Part shown: positions 39,133 to 48,746 of the stretch, piece by piece | How positions within the stretch are numbered: position 1 is the stretch's first letter | How the letters are laid out: every line of letters begins with the position of its first letter | Assembly: GCA_964220215.1 (NCBI GenBank) | Contig: CAXPTH010000021.1 | Location: 31,826-95,825 of the forward strand | DNA: 64,000 bases | DNA from: Alteromonas sp. | GTDB lineage: Bacteria > Margulisbacteria > Marinamargulisbacteria > UBA6595 | Direction: 5' to 3' | Made by a program: the position numbers and the translations under genes | The notes under the pieces: model-generated | Database searches by the model: none | Told to the model about the DNA's origin: nothing | What the model saw: only the letters and a program-made list of their open reading frames with translations

Positions 39133-41598
39133 ATGTCTGAAACACGCTACGCATTCATTGATACTGAGGGAACCAGTCGCGGGCAAAACGAAAACGAAAT
39201 GATTGAGTTTTCAATTCTTATTGCATCATCCGAACACATCCATAGCACCACGACCAGCTTGGTAAAACCCACGTTATCGATCCCCCCATTTGTGGAACAA
39301 CTCACCGGAATTTACAATCATACTGTTGTCTCTGCCCCCAATTTTGAATCGATCGCCGATACCCTTTATACCGCAATTGGGGACCATTGCATTGTGGGTC
39401 ACAACGTTGCGTTTGACATTGATCTGATTAATACAAGCCTCGACCGAATCAACCGACCCCGCATCAACAATCCCTGCATCGATACACAAGATTTATGCAA
39501 AATGCTATTGCCACATACAATCAGTCATCAGCTCTCAACTCTTGCAACGGTTCTCAATTTTCCGGTCGATGCCAGCCATCGAGCCACCAACGATGCCACC
39601 GCAACGTGGTATTTGTTTCGTTATTGCTGTGAACAACTCACCCATTGCCCAAAAGTTCTGCTCAAAACCATGCTCAGCCTACTCAATGGCTCCAACTACC
39701 AAGCCGTACACGATTGGGTTTACGAGTACTATTGTCACCACAATCATACCGAACTGCACCCCTACACCCATTATCTCAATGGATTTTGTGGCCAGAAAAC
39801 CAATGATGCCCATACCAATCCGGTCTACACGATTTCTGAATTATTTTCGGACACATTATGCCAGCTCCCCAACTACACGTATCGAACCATTCAAGCGGAA
39901 ATGGCTCAAGAATGCCTGGAAGCCTTTGAATCCGGCACCCATACCGTTATTGAATCCCCGACCGGGACGGGAAAATCACTCGCCTATTTAATTCCAGCGA
40001 TTTTAACCGCCGTTCGCCAACAAGCGCCGATTATTTTATCCACCAAGACAAAACTGCTCCAAACTCAACTGGTTAATACGCTCGAAACCCTCCGAAGCAT
40101 TCCCTTGCCGTCATTTTCTTATTTAATTATGAAGGGCAAACAAAATTACATTGATGTCACCGAATTTGATGCGCTCTTGCACCGATACTTAAGCCACGCA
40201 CAAACAGGGAAATCTATTGAATTTATTGGCTTGTTTTATTGGATACTGCATACCCAAACGGGGGATTTGTCTGAGCTGCACAACGCTATTTTTTCAGCAT
40301 TTTATGACGCCGTTCATTATCGAGCCAAAGCCCCCCAGCCAGTGCCCCATTGTTTTGTGCATACATTACGCAAATGCGCAAAAAATACGGACTTGGTTGT
40401 TACCAATCACGCGTTGCTTTTCTCCGATTACCAAGCCAAAACACACTTGCTCCCCAAATCAGCGGGCATTGTTTTTGACGAGGCGCACGATTTAGACAGC
40501 GTGATTCAGTCGTGTTTTGAAGCTAGCTTAATCTTCCGCCCGTTGGCACATTACACGGTGCTTGCGCCTATTATTTATGATATTGACGACCGGATCATGG
40601 CCGCCATTCCCAAAACCTATGATCGAAGCACCGACTTTTCGATATCCCATGCCTGGTTGGCCGATAACGAAATACTCCCGCAACTCCATGCGCTGCGCCA
40701 GGAACTTAGCGAACTGACCGTGCACGACACCGAGGGTCAAACGCGCCTGGACAATGCCCTGGACACATTATCCAAACTATTGGAAGATCGCCCCAATTAC
40801 ACCCATTGGCTGAGTTTTCACAAACGCCATGGGGCTACCTGGCATAGTGCCCCGATTGATTGCGCCCCTGTTATAGCCCCCTTTATTCAAAAGGCTCCGC
40901 CATTAATTTTTACATCCGCCACCCTCTGTATTGGCGACTCATTCAATTATTTTTTAAGCACCCTAGGGCTCCCAACCCGCACAAACACCCTAAAACTGCC
41001 GACTTTATTTGATTACACCAATCAAGCAACCGCCTACATGTGCACTCGGGATGTGTCGTTGGATGAATTGGCCGATTACTTGGATCAAACCACTAAAAAA
41101 ACATTGGTACTCTTTACCGCCTTTGCCACACTCAAACAAGCGTATGCCCATTGCAACAAACTGGCCCCTAAACGGATTTTGGCCCAGCGCATTCATGGCA
41201 CCCATGATACGGTTCTTAAACGATTTTTAAGCCAAGACAGCCCCCCCATACTGTTTGGCTTGGACAGCTTCTGGGAGGGCATCGACTTGCCCGGATTGCA
41301 ATTGGAAACCGTCATTATTCAAAAGCTTCCCTTCGCCCCACCCACACATCCCTTAATTGAGGCTAAACTGGCTCAAATTGAATCTGACAACGGCAATGGG
41401 TTTATGGACTTTTTACTTCCAAAATCTATTTTAAAATTTCGGCAAGGCATCGGACGGCTCATTCGAACCACCCACGATTCTGGCACATTGATTGTCCTGG
41501 ATTCCCGGGTCCTATCCAAGTCGTATGGGCGACTCTTTCGTCAAGAATTATCAACTTGGACATGCGAACAATTCGAAAATGTGATACCCTACCAATAA
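39133..41598 (+). CDS. dinG: DEDDh exonuclease-DinG helicase fusion
   Basis: DTEGT, GHNVAFD, HRA..DA, SPTGTGKS, DEAH, TSATL, FWEGIDLPG, QGIGRLIR. Confidence 0.9.
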   Translation: MSETRYAFIDTEGTSRGQNENEMIEFSILIASSEHIHSTTTSLVKPTLSIPPFVEQLTGIYNHTVVSAPNFESIADTLYTAIGDHCIVGHNVAFDIDLINTSLDRINRPRINNPCIDTQDLCKMLLPHTISHQLSTLATVLNFPVDASHRATNDATATWYLFRYCCEQLTHCPKVLLKTMLSLLNGSNYQAVHDWVYEYYCHHNHTELHPYTHYLNGFCGQKTNDAHTNPVYTISELFSDTLCQLPNYTYRTIQAEMAQECLEAFESGTHTVIESPTGTGKSLAYLIPAILTAVRQQAPIILSTKTKLLQTQLVNTLETLRSIPLPSFSYLIMKGKQNYIDVTEFDALLHRYLSHAQTGKSIEFIGLFYWILHTQTGDLSELHNAIFSAFYDAVHYRAKAPQPVPHCFVHTLRKCAKNTDLVVTNHALLFSDYQAKTHLLPKSAGIVFDEAHDLDSVIQSCFEASLIFRPLAHYTVLAPIIYDIDDRIMAAIPKTYDRSTDFSISHAWLADNEILPQLHALRQELSELTVHDTEGQTRLDNALDTLSKLLEDRPNYTHWLSFHKRHGATWHSAPIDCAPVIAPFIQKAPPLIFTSATLCIGDSFNYFLSTLGLPTRTNTLKLPTLFDYTNQATAYMCTRDVSLDELADYLDQTTKKTLVLFTAFATLKQAYAHCNKLAPKRILAQRIHGTHDTVLKRFLSQDSPPILFGLDSFWEGIDLPGLQLETVIIQKLPFAPPTHPLIEAKLAQIESDNGNGFMDFLLPKSILKFRQGIGRLIRTTHDSGTLIVLDSRVLSKSYGRLFRQELSTWTCEQFENVIPYQ

Positions 41599-41600
41599 TC

Positions 41601-42218
41601 ATGGGAATTGCACGAGACGGATATCCATTTATTCTTGGCTTTTTTATTGTTAGCTCCATTTTAGATTATGTCTTACCGGCAGTTGCCTTGCCATTTTGGT
41701 TGTTAACCGCTTTAATTGTGTGGTTTTTTCGGGATCCTAACCGAACCATTACCCCGGATTCATCGCAATTTCTATCCCCTGCCGATGGCACCATTCAATC
41801 CGTAACTCAGGTTGAGTTGAATGGGCAGAAGTACCATCACATCGTTATCTTTTTATCGGTGTTTAATGTGCATATCAATCGAATTCCATATGATGGCACC
41901 GTTGTCAGCACCCAGCACAAGCCCGGTCTGTTTAAAGCGGCGTTTGACCCCACTATTCATGAAAAAAACGAACGCATGGAAATTGACATTGATACGGTGC
42001 ATGGCCGTATTCGAGTGGTTCAAATTGCCGGATTACTGGCCCGACGCATTGTGTGCCGGCTATCGCCCAAACAAACGGTTACCCAAGGGGATCGCTTTGG
42101 CATGATCAAATTCAGCTCACGAACTGATCTATATGTTCCTGCCGACACAACCACAGTGTTGGTCGCTAAGAAAGACAAAGTTAAAGGTGGATTAACCGTA
42201 TTAGCCACGGTGAATTAA
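41601..42218 (+). CDS. psd: Phosphatidylserine decarboxylase proenzyme
   Basis: FFRDP, SPADG, FLSVFNVH.NR.P, QIAG..ARRI, GMIKFSSRTD. Confidence 0.9.
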   Translation: MGIARDGYPFILGFFIVSSILDYVLPAVALPFWLLTALIVWFFRDPNRTITPDSSQFLSPADGTIQSVTQVELNGQKYHHIVIFLSVFNVHINRIPYDGTVVSTQHKPGLFKAAFDPTIHEKNERMEIDIDTVHGRIRVVQIAGLLARRIVCRLSPKQTVTQGDRFGMIKFSSRTDLYVPADTTTVLVAKKDKVKGGLTVLATVN

Positions 42219-42262
42219 TTGGCCTTACGTTGCCAATGTTTACTTTATTGTTTGCGTTATTG

Positions 42263-42339
42263 TGGGGTGAACGATGGGGCTCGAACCCACGGCCGCCGGA
42301 ACCACAATCCGGAGCTCTACCAACTGAGCTACGCTCACC
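42263..42339 (-). tRNA. tRNA-His (GTG)
   Basis: G-1 GTGAGCG...CGTTCAC C CCA; D arm AGCTCAGTTGGTAGAGC; anticodon loop TTGTGGT; T loop GTTCGAG. Confidence 0.97.
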
Positions 42340-42399
42340 ATAACGCTAAACGTAAATCTTTTTATAGCATTTTTTAGAAAATCTAGCAATAATGAAGTT

Positions 42400-43692
42400 A
42401 TGATCAAAGTGCTTGTTCAACGTGCAGACCGCCTCGGCGATGTGTTATTTTCATTGCCAATTATTGATCAATTGAAAACGTTGCCCTATCCGGTTCAGAT
42501 TGATTACTTGGTATCCCCATCGGGAAAAGACCTGGTGGCTCAGCACCCCGACATTCATGCTTATCATGTCTACACACCCGACAATCGGACCCAATTAACT
42601 CAAACAATTCGAGACAACCACTATGCCATTTACCTGTGTTTGTGGAACCACCCGCACTTGCTGGCACTGGGCAAAGCGGCCAAAATCCCAATGCGCATTG
42701 GGCATGCGGGTCGTTGGCAAGAAACCCGATACTTCACGCACACAGTCCCCACCCGAGGGGACAACCTCATCACACACATGATCGAGCACAATACAGCGCT
42801 CTTAGCGCCCTTAGGACTCCCCACCGTGTGTCAACCCGGATCCCTGCCGATACCCAGTAAAAACCCATGGCCCAATGCCAAACAAAAAATTGTCCTATTC
42901 ACCCAAACGGGGGGTAGCAATATTCCGTTTCCAAAACCCATTATTGATGCCTTTATTCATCGCATGAACCGTCAAGAACCCGATACTAAACTTGTATTAT
43001 TGGGCCATGACCCGCATTCGCCTTTTTTAAACACAACGGGCCCCAATATTATTAATGCCATTAACCAAACGTCATTTGAAACATTGCTGGCATGGATCGC
43101 CCATTGTGACACCTACATTGGCCCCGATACAGGCCCCACGCATGTGGCATCATTCTACAACAAACCCACGGTCTTCTTTTCACCCTTAAAACCCAATCCT
43201 CCTGGAACATTTGGTTCGTTATCCGACCGGCAAGTTATTATTCGCCACGATACGCATTATCCCAAGCTGCGGCTAACAGCCGATGATTACCTCCATTATT
43301 TGGATTACTTGACGGATGAATACCTATACACCGCCTATCAGCAATTGCGTGCATTACGCCCCATGACACCCACTGAAATTCGAACACTACATGGGCATAC
43401 AACGCTAAGAATTTTATATTTCCCATTTCCAGGTGAAACCCCAGACTACACGGCATATACCCATGCCCATTTCCCTGTGTTTACCGCAGAAAAATCCTGG
43501 CAAGCCTTGTGTCGTCAACTGGTCACCCACAACATTTCAGTGCTATACGGCAATGTGCCACGAACTTTGGGGAAATGCCTGCAATGGTATATGGGCATTG
43601 TACAACAAATTGTCCAGCCCGTAATTATTCGACACCCATTACCTGAAAGCCCCCAGGATGTTCTTTATAACTACCGGCAAGCCCGATCATGA
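42400..43692 (+). CDS. Glycosyltransferase family 9 with C-terminal extension
   Basis: RADRLGDV, IGPDTGPTHVA. Confidence 0.88.
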   Translation: MIKVLVQRADRLGDVLFSLPIIDQLKTLPYPVQIDYLVSPSGKDLVAQHPDIHAYHVYTPDNRTQLTQTIRDNHYAIYLCLWNHPHLLALGKAAKIPMRIGHAGRWQETRYFTHTVPTRGDNLITHMIEHNTALLAPLGLPTVCQPGSLPIPSKNPWPNAKQKIVLFTQTGGSNIPFPKPIIDAFIHRMNRQEPDTKLVLLGHDPHSPFLNTTGPNIINAINQTSFETLLAWIAHCDTYIGPDTGPTHVASFYNKPTVFFSPLKPNPPGTFGSLSDRQVIIRHDTHYPKLRLTADDYLHYLDYLTDEYLYTAYQQLRALRPMTPTEIRTLHGHTTLRILYFPFPGETPDYTAYTHAHFPVFTAEKSWQALCRQLVTHNISVLYGNVPRTLGKCLQWYMGIVQQIVQPVIIRHPLPESPQDVLYNYRQARS

Positions 43693-45098
43693 CACCCACA
43701 ATCTGTGTCATTCGAAATGATGCACTGGGGGATGCCATATTAAGCTGTCCACTCATGGCCAATATCAAAGCCACATGGCCAGAAGCCACCCTCACGGTGA
43801 TTGCACAACCCAGCATTGGCCATTTACTTCGCTATCACACGGCTGTTGACACCGTTCTTGATGCACCAAAAACCTCCGGCCTTTCCGGGTTTTTTAGCGT
43901 ATACCGATTGTTTAAACAGCACCAGTTTAGTCATGTTTTTTTTGCGCACTTAGACCCCATCTATGTGTGGGCCGCTTGGTTCGCGCGTTGCCCCCATCGC
44001 ATTGGCATGGGAAATAACTTCATACTGTCCCCCCTGTTGACCCACACGCATACACAATCCTTGTTTTTAAAGCATGAAACCCAGATCCAGTGCCAGCTGC
44101 TGCGCCCATTTACATCCCATATTGACTATACGCTACCCCAGTTCAATCTGCCGCAATCTCGGAACGACCTGGCCAAAACCTATGGGTTGAATGCCGATCA
44201 ACCCTGGGGCATCATTCACCCGGGATTTGGAGAAAAAAACCGGGGATGGCCCGCCCACCAATATGCTGCGTTAATTGCGCCATTGAGTCAGTCGCATCAA
44301 GTGATTTTAACCGGAACCCCAAACGAATCTGAGTTAACAACAGCGATTGAACAACAGGCCACGCAGTCGGTCATCAATGTATGCGGCAAAACCGACTTAG
44401 TGGATCTGGCCGCTCTCATTCATCACGCCGATATCGTCATTGGACCGGATACTGGCCCCGTGCATTTAGCCGCATTGGCTGGTCGAAACGTGGTTTGCAT
44501 ATCCCCCATTAAATACATTCGCGGATTTCGCTGGGGGCCCTTCAATACGCATCATCGGCTTCTCAAAGACACCCAAACATGCCCTTACATTTGCGTGCCC
44601 TATCGAACGCCTTGCCAACAGCCCAACTGCATCGATACCCTAACGCAAGACCGTGTGGCTACTGCTGTTCAAGAACTGATTAACATCCCCAGCACAACAC
44701 CTATTCCCACACACGATGACACGGTGACTGCTTGGTTGAACATTGAAGGCGTTGTGTGTATTGATATTGCATCGCATGCACACTGGGCATCTGGCATGGC
44801 CATGTATACACGGCTAAAGCCTCACATGCGCCAATGTTGGATCACCACACGCAAAAAAACCGTTGCCAGCCAGGCCACTGCGCATGGCGTAAACTGTTTG
44901 TATTTTCCAGCGTACCGCATGGATCAATGGATCCAACGCATGAGCCAAATACACGCCCTAGTGTGGCATGCAAACGCATCGCTGTGGCATCAAGCCGTTG
45001 TGCATGGAACAGCATTAAAAAGCGATCACAAACCCGTCCTAGCCCCTTTGAATTCAACTCAAACACTACCTGAGTGGCTCAACACTCTGAAGCATTAA
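43689..45098 (+). CDS. Glycosyltransferase family 9 with C-terminal extension
   Basis: RNDALGDA, HPG....RGWP, IGPDTGPVHLAA, RWGP. Confidence 0.9.
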   Translation: MTPTICVIRNDALGDAILSCPLMANIKATWPEATLTVIAQPSIGHLLRYHTAVDTVLDAPKTSGLSGFFSVYRLFKQHQFSHVFFAHLDPIYVWAAWFARCPHRIGMGNNFILSPLLTHTHTQSLFLKHETQIQCQLLRPFTSHIDYTLPQFNLPQSRNDLAKTYGLNADQPWGIIHPGFGEKNRGWPAHQYAALIAPLSQSHQVILTGTPNESELTTAIEQQATQSVINVCGKTDLVDLAALIHHADIVIGPDTGPVHLAALAGRNVVCISPIKYIRGFRWGPFNTHHRLLKDTQTCPYICVPYRTPCQQPNCIDTLTQDRVATAVQELINIPSTTPIPTHDDTVTAWLNIEGVVCIDIASHAHWASGMAMYTRLKPHMRQCWITTRKKTVASQATAHGVNCLYFPAYRMDQWIQRMSQIHALVWHANASLWHQAVVHGTALKSDHKPVLAPLNSTQTLPEWLNTLKH

Positions 45099-46428
45099 AC
45101 GGCTGGATGTTGGATTGAATTAAGGAATCGAATGCGTCTGGATGAACAATGACGGGCGTCGGCTTGCATTGCACATGAAAATAATAAGCCAAACAATAAT
45201 GCCACCAGGATTTTTTCGGTGCAACAAAGACATTAACCTGACGCTGACTTATTTTTCGCTTTAATCGGATCCACTGCTTGATACCAGGGCGACGAATATG
45301 CGGAACAACCACCCAGCCCTGCGCACGCATTCGGGCGATAGCGTGTCGATCCGCAACCGTATTGGTTATTTCAACACACAGCCTTAAACTCGTTTGACAA
45401 TGGTGGTATCGTTTTTGCGTATGCGTCCACGGAGCTTCCGTTTGAATAGCAATCATGGCATCAACAATCGCATCCACGTCGATGGATTCGCCTGCCTCCC
45501 CCCCAAACCGAGATCGAATGCAGCGAAATTGATCCGACTGCGGGCCCCATCGAATGGGTAAGTTTTGATGATTTCTAAACACAACAACAGCCGGTTTATT
45601 AAACAAAGCAGCCAAATGCGATGGGCCTGTATCCGGGCCAATGTACACGTCCGCTTGCTGAATACACGCAACCAACGCATCCAATGACAGGGGTTGCGTC
45701 TTATTGATTATGGATGGACCAGTTAGTGTTAGCAATTCGGAATTCTCCGAAATTGACCCATACGTTAGAACAACACGGTAAGACGGCATGTCTAAAATTC
45801 GCTCAACCAACGCCTGAATCATCCGGTCAGACAACGCCAAATTACTATCCCCTGCACTACAAAAAATTAATACGGTCTTCCCGGACTCGTCTTCTTTTTT
45901 AATGGAACATGGCAAAGACAAGCTGGGGCTCCCTACGACTCGTAATGGTGCTACCAACATCAAATTATAGTCTGTTTCATGATGAAACACGTGACTCCAT
46001 GGCAACGCCACAGGATGGGAATAGACCCAAGATGATCGCATCCCTGTAATCGGGCCTATTGATACCGAGGGGTTCAAAAAACTAACCAACTGCTCAAAGA
46101 ATGAATGCCCCCAAAAATTAATCATTATTGTGTAATTTTCATTGCGTAACTGTTGCTTGAATTGGCGCTTCTCTTGGGTTGAGCACCGGTCTATGTCAAT
46201 ACTCAGATGTTTAGAGACAATTGGGATCATACGAACCAATTGTTCATTTTTAGGTGAGCAGATCATATGAATATCCGCCAAGGGGAACGCTGCTTTTAGT
46301 GCATAAATAGCCGGCAGGCACAGAGCCATATCCCCTAAACGATCCGCACGTTGGCAAACAATCTTAATTGGACGTGACTGAAGTTGCTTTAGCGCATTAA
46401 TAGGGAGTATATGATTTTTCCTCAACAA
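45079..46428 (-). CDS. Glycosyltransferase family 9 with C-terminal extension
   Basis: RADRLGDM, IGPDTGPSHLAA, RWGP. Confidence 0.88.
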   Translation of the reverse strand: MLRKNHILPINALKQLQSRPIKIVCQRADRLGDMALCLPAIYALKAAFPLADIHMICSPKNEQLVRMIPIVSKHLSIDIDRCSTQEKRQFKQQLRNENYTIMINFWGHSFFEQLVSFLNPSVSIGPITGMRSSWVYSHPVALPWSHVFHHETDYNLMLVAPLRVVGSPSLSLPCSIKKEDESGKTVLIFCSAGDSNLALSDRMIQALVERILDMPSYRVVLTYGSISENSELLTLTGPSIINKTQPLSLDALVACIQQADVYIGPDTGPSHLAALFNKPAVVVFRNHQNLPIRWGPQSDQFRCIRSRFGGEAGESIDVDAIVDAMIAIQTEAPWTHTQKRYHHCQTSLRLCVEITNTVADRHAIARMRAQGWVVVPHIRRPGIKQWIRLKRKISQRQVNVFVAPKKSWWHYCLAYYFHVQCKPTPVIVHPDAFDSLIQSNIQPFNASEC

Positions 46429-46825
46429 TGATCGAACCCAAATGCTGGTTAATTTCTTTTTTTAGTTGCGCACGTTGATCATTGGTGATGTAGACCGAGC
46501 GTGCCAGCTCAATAAATTGATCTGAAAAGTCTTTGTCTCGTTCACAGTCGCGAATTGCATCTTCAATGTCCCAAAGTGTCTGGTTAACCGTTTTTAATTG
46601 TTGGTAAAATAACTGGATTTTTTTCGTATCTGGAATATGCTGCCGACGTGCGTCATTCAGAGCATCGAGCTCAATCATAACATTATGCCGTTTTTCATTA
46701 TCTGTGATTGCGGCTTGCTTAATGTCTAATATGGAAATTTTATCTAACAATTCACCCGGTGATATGGGAATTTGAATGGTAGATTGACTGTTTTTTATAT
46801 TATTGTTCATCTTACTATTGCTCAC
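46397..46825 (-). CDS. DUF6165-like protein
   Basis: IPISPGELLDKISIL, LWDIED.IR, FIELARSVY.TND.R, EEKSY; start uncertain (ATG 46810 possible). Confidence 0.75.
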   Translation of the reverse strand: MSNSKMNNNIKNSQSTIQIPISPGELLDKISILDIKQAAITDNEKRHNVMIELDALNDARRQHIPDTKKIQLFYQQLKTVNQTLWDIEDAIRDCERDKDFSDQFIELARSVYITNDQRAQLKKEINQHLGSIIVEEKSYTPY

Positions 46826-46980
46826 ATTTTATTCAACTAACTATAGGATATCACAGCATTACGGATAATTTCCAACTATGGCAATGATGATTAAGCGGTT
46901 TCTATGGGGCTTTATACACACACATCCGTTACCCAGTAACGCTGTTGTCATCTGTGACGACGATGCTTTACTATTAAACT

Positions 46981-47907
46981 ATTATCAAATCCCCCCTTTA
47001 TTTATGGCTATATTGTCTAGGCGTGTTGGCGTGCGTGCTATCTGCTCATGCCCAATTTTCAACGGATCGGGCGCATATTCACGTATCCCTTAACCACACA
47101 AACTTACAGGGATTTATCCCATTATCCAACCCAAATGCCATGCGTGTCCTGACCGAAGAAACACTCAAAAACCTGGATGGCGATTCCAGCACAATCTCAG
47201 GAAATGATTTAAGAACACTCCGGAACACTGACTATATATTAGCATCCGACACCGAGGACATCGCGGACACCTTGGGGCCATGGATCCGTCACCGTATTGA
47301 TGATCCGTTTTCATTGAGCATTTCCGGGGATTACACCCGCCCCCATTGGCCCATTAATCTTGTGATTGGCTATGCGTACCGAGATGTCCCAAATACCAAT
47401 ACAGCATTGTTTGATCAACGATTGGCGCCATTAGAATTTGATCATCATACCCAAGTCTTTACAAAAAAAAACCCAACGAATTACGCCCCCATTTTGCCAA
47501 GCGTAGACATCCAAGAAACCCAATGGCACTTGGGTGTTCGCCGCTATGTCGATATAAACCCTACACTTGCTCTATACTATGGATTGGGCAACCAAACGAC
47601 CCAACTGACACTGCGTGGACACTATGCAGCGAATGGAAACCAATACATTCACCATACTTCAGATGCATTGCATGAAACTATAAAATCCGAGCAAGGGGCC
47701 GAGCGAGTCCCCTTTTCATCAACGGCCACAATGTCCCAACTGTATCTTGAAACAGCCGGATTGTATCGATTGGCAAATGCTATGTTTATTAGCCTTGCCG
47801 CACGCTATCAACCCGAAACCCAAATTCAACTGCCGGTTGGTGATCAAATGGCGACCTTAACCGAGTCATCCATGCAGTATACACTGAGCATGGGCTATGC
47901 CTTATGA
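46981..47907 (+). CDS. Secreted / outer-membrane hypothetical protein (probable ATT start)
   Basis: Frame opens after TAA 46975 and gives signal-peptide-like IIKSPLYLWLYCLGVLACVLSAHA|Q; amphipathic beta-strand-like C-terminus YTLSMGYAL. Confidence 0.6.
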   Translation: MIKSPLYLWLYCLGVLACVLSAHAQFSTDRAHIHVSLNHTNLQGFIPLSNPNAMRVLTEETLKNLDGDSSTISGNDLRTLRNTDYILASDTEDIADTLGPWIRHRIDDPFSLSISGDYTRPHWPINLVIGYAYRDVPNTNTALFDQRLAPLEFDHHTQVFTKKNPTNYAPILPSVDIQETQWHLGVRRYVDINPTLALYYGLGNQTTQLTLRGHYAANGNQYIHHTSDALHETIKSEQGAERVPFSSTATMSQLYLETAGLYRLANAMFISLAARYQPETQIQLPVGDQMATLTESSMQYTLSMGYAL

Positions 47908-47927
47908 ATTTTGGTATAATTAAGTAT

Positions 47928-48746
47928 ATGATGAAGCAATGCCTGTGGGGATTTCTATTAAATTTAGTGGTATTTGGCCAAATTGTCACCCAAGAGTCTG
48001 TCATTCGAAACCGATCCATTGTGCCAGACCCGCAAAATACACGGCCGGTACTTGAAACCGGATTAAAAATTAATCAAAATGCCATGGAAATGGGCGCCGA
48101 TGGAGCCATGGTATGGCTGTTATATTCTGCCAATAAAATGACCCCCGGCTATAAACGCGTGAAACCCTATACCGTACTAAAAAATGGTGAAGTAACGCTA
48201 GAAACCTACCCCTTGTTTGTTCCCGGCCCACCCCTATCATCCAACCGAGACTACGATTTATATATTCAAAATCCACGCGGGTACTTTTTTGTAGAGTCTG
48301 AATCCGGCATGCGATTTTTAATGCGAGACGGCCGATTCAAAAAAGACCCAACAACCCAATACTTAGTGACCGTATCCGGTCAGCATCGTGTACTCAGTGA
48401 AGATCTCACCCCCATTCAGATACCGGATGCCGACATCTACGTGACCCATTCCGGAGACATTATTGCCGGCGGGGAGCCCATCGCAACCTTGCGCATTGTT
48501 TTTGTATCCGATCTTAACCAATTGAATATTGTTGATGGCATGCGCTTGTATACAGATCCTGAGTTCATTCGTGTTGTGCCACCCCACCAACGCTTAATCC
48601 AACAAGGGTTTTATGAAGGCTCCGCCGTTCCAAAGGCCTTACCACCCGATACCCGAGGAATATACCGACACATTTATTTATCCTCCAGCTATGCTGCGAA
48701 GCGGAACATTCGCATGATGAAAAACAGTATCCGGCTTAATCCGTAA
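47928..48746 (+). CDS. Divergent FlgF/FlgG-like protein with an apparent signal peptide
   Basis: SANKMTPGYKR, DLYIQ..GYFFV, RDGRF, LVTVSG..VL...TPIQIP, QGFYEGSAV; TGgTATAAT 7 nt before ATG 47928. Confidence 0.65.
   Translation: MMKQCLWGFLLNLVVFGQIVTQESVIRNRSIVPDPQNTRPVLETGLKINQNAMEMGADGAMVWLLYSANKMTPGYKRVKPYTVLKNGEVTLETYPLFVPGPPLSSNRDYDLYIQNPRGYFFVESESGMRFLMRDGRFKKDPTTQYLVTVSGQHRVLSEDLTPIQIPDADIYVTHSGDIIAGGEPIATLRIVFVSDLNQLNIVDGMRLYTDPEFIRVVPPHQRLIQQGFYEGSAVPKALPPDTRGIYRHIYLSSSYAAKRNIRMMKNSIRLNP

Noticed and set aside
42263..46825. Integrative island at tRNA-His
   Set aside because: No integrase, and I saw no duplicated tRNA 3' end.
46878..47093. 71-aa ORF as a frameshifted N-terminus of the 47023 gene
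   Set aside because: The 47023 frame itself extends into a good signal peptide, so no frameshift is needed.
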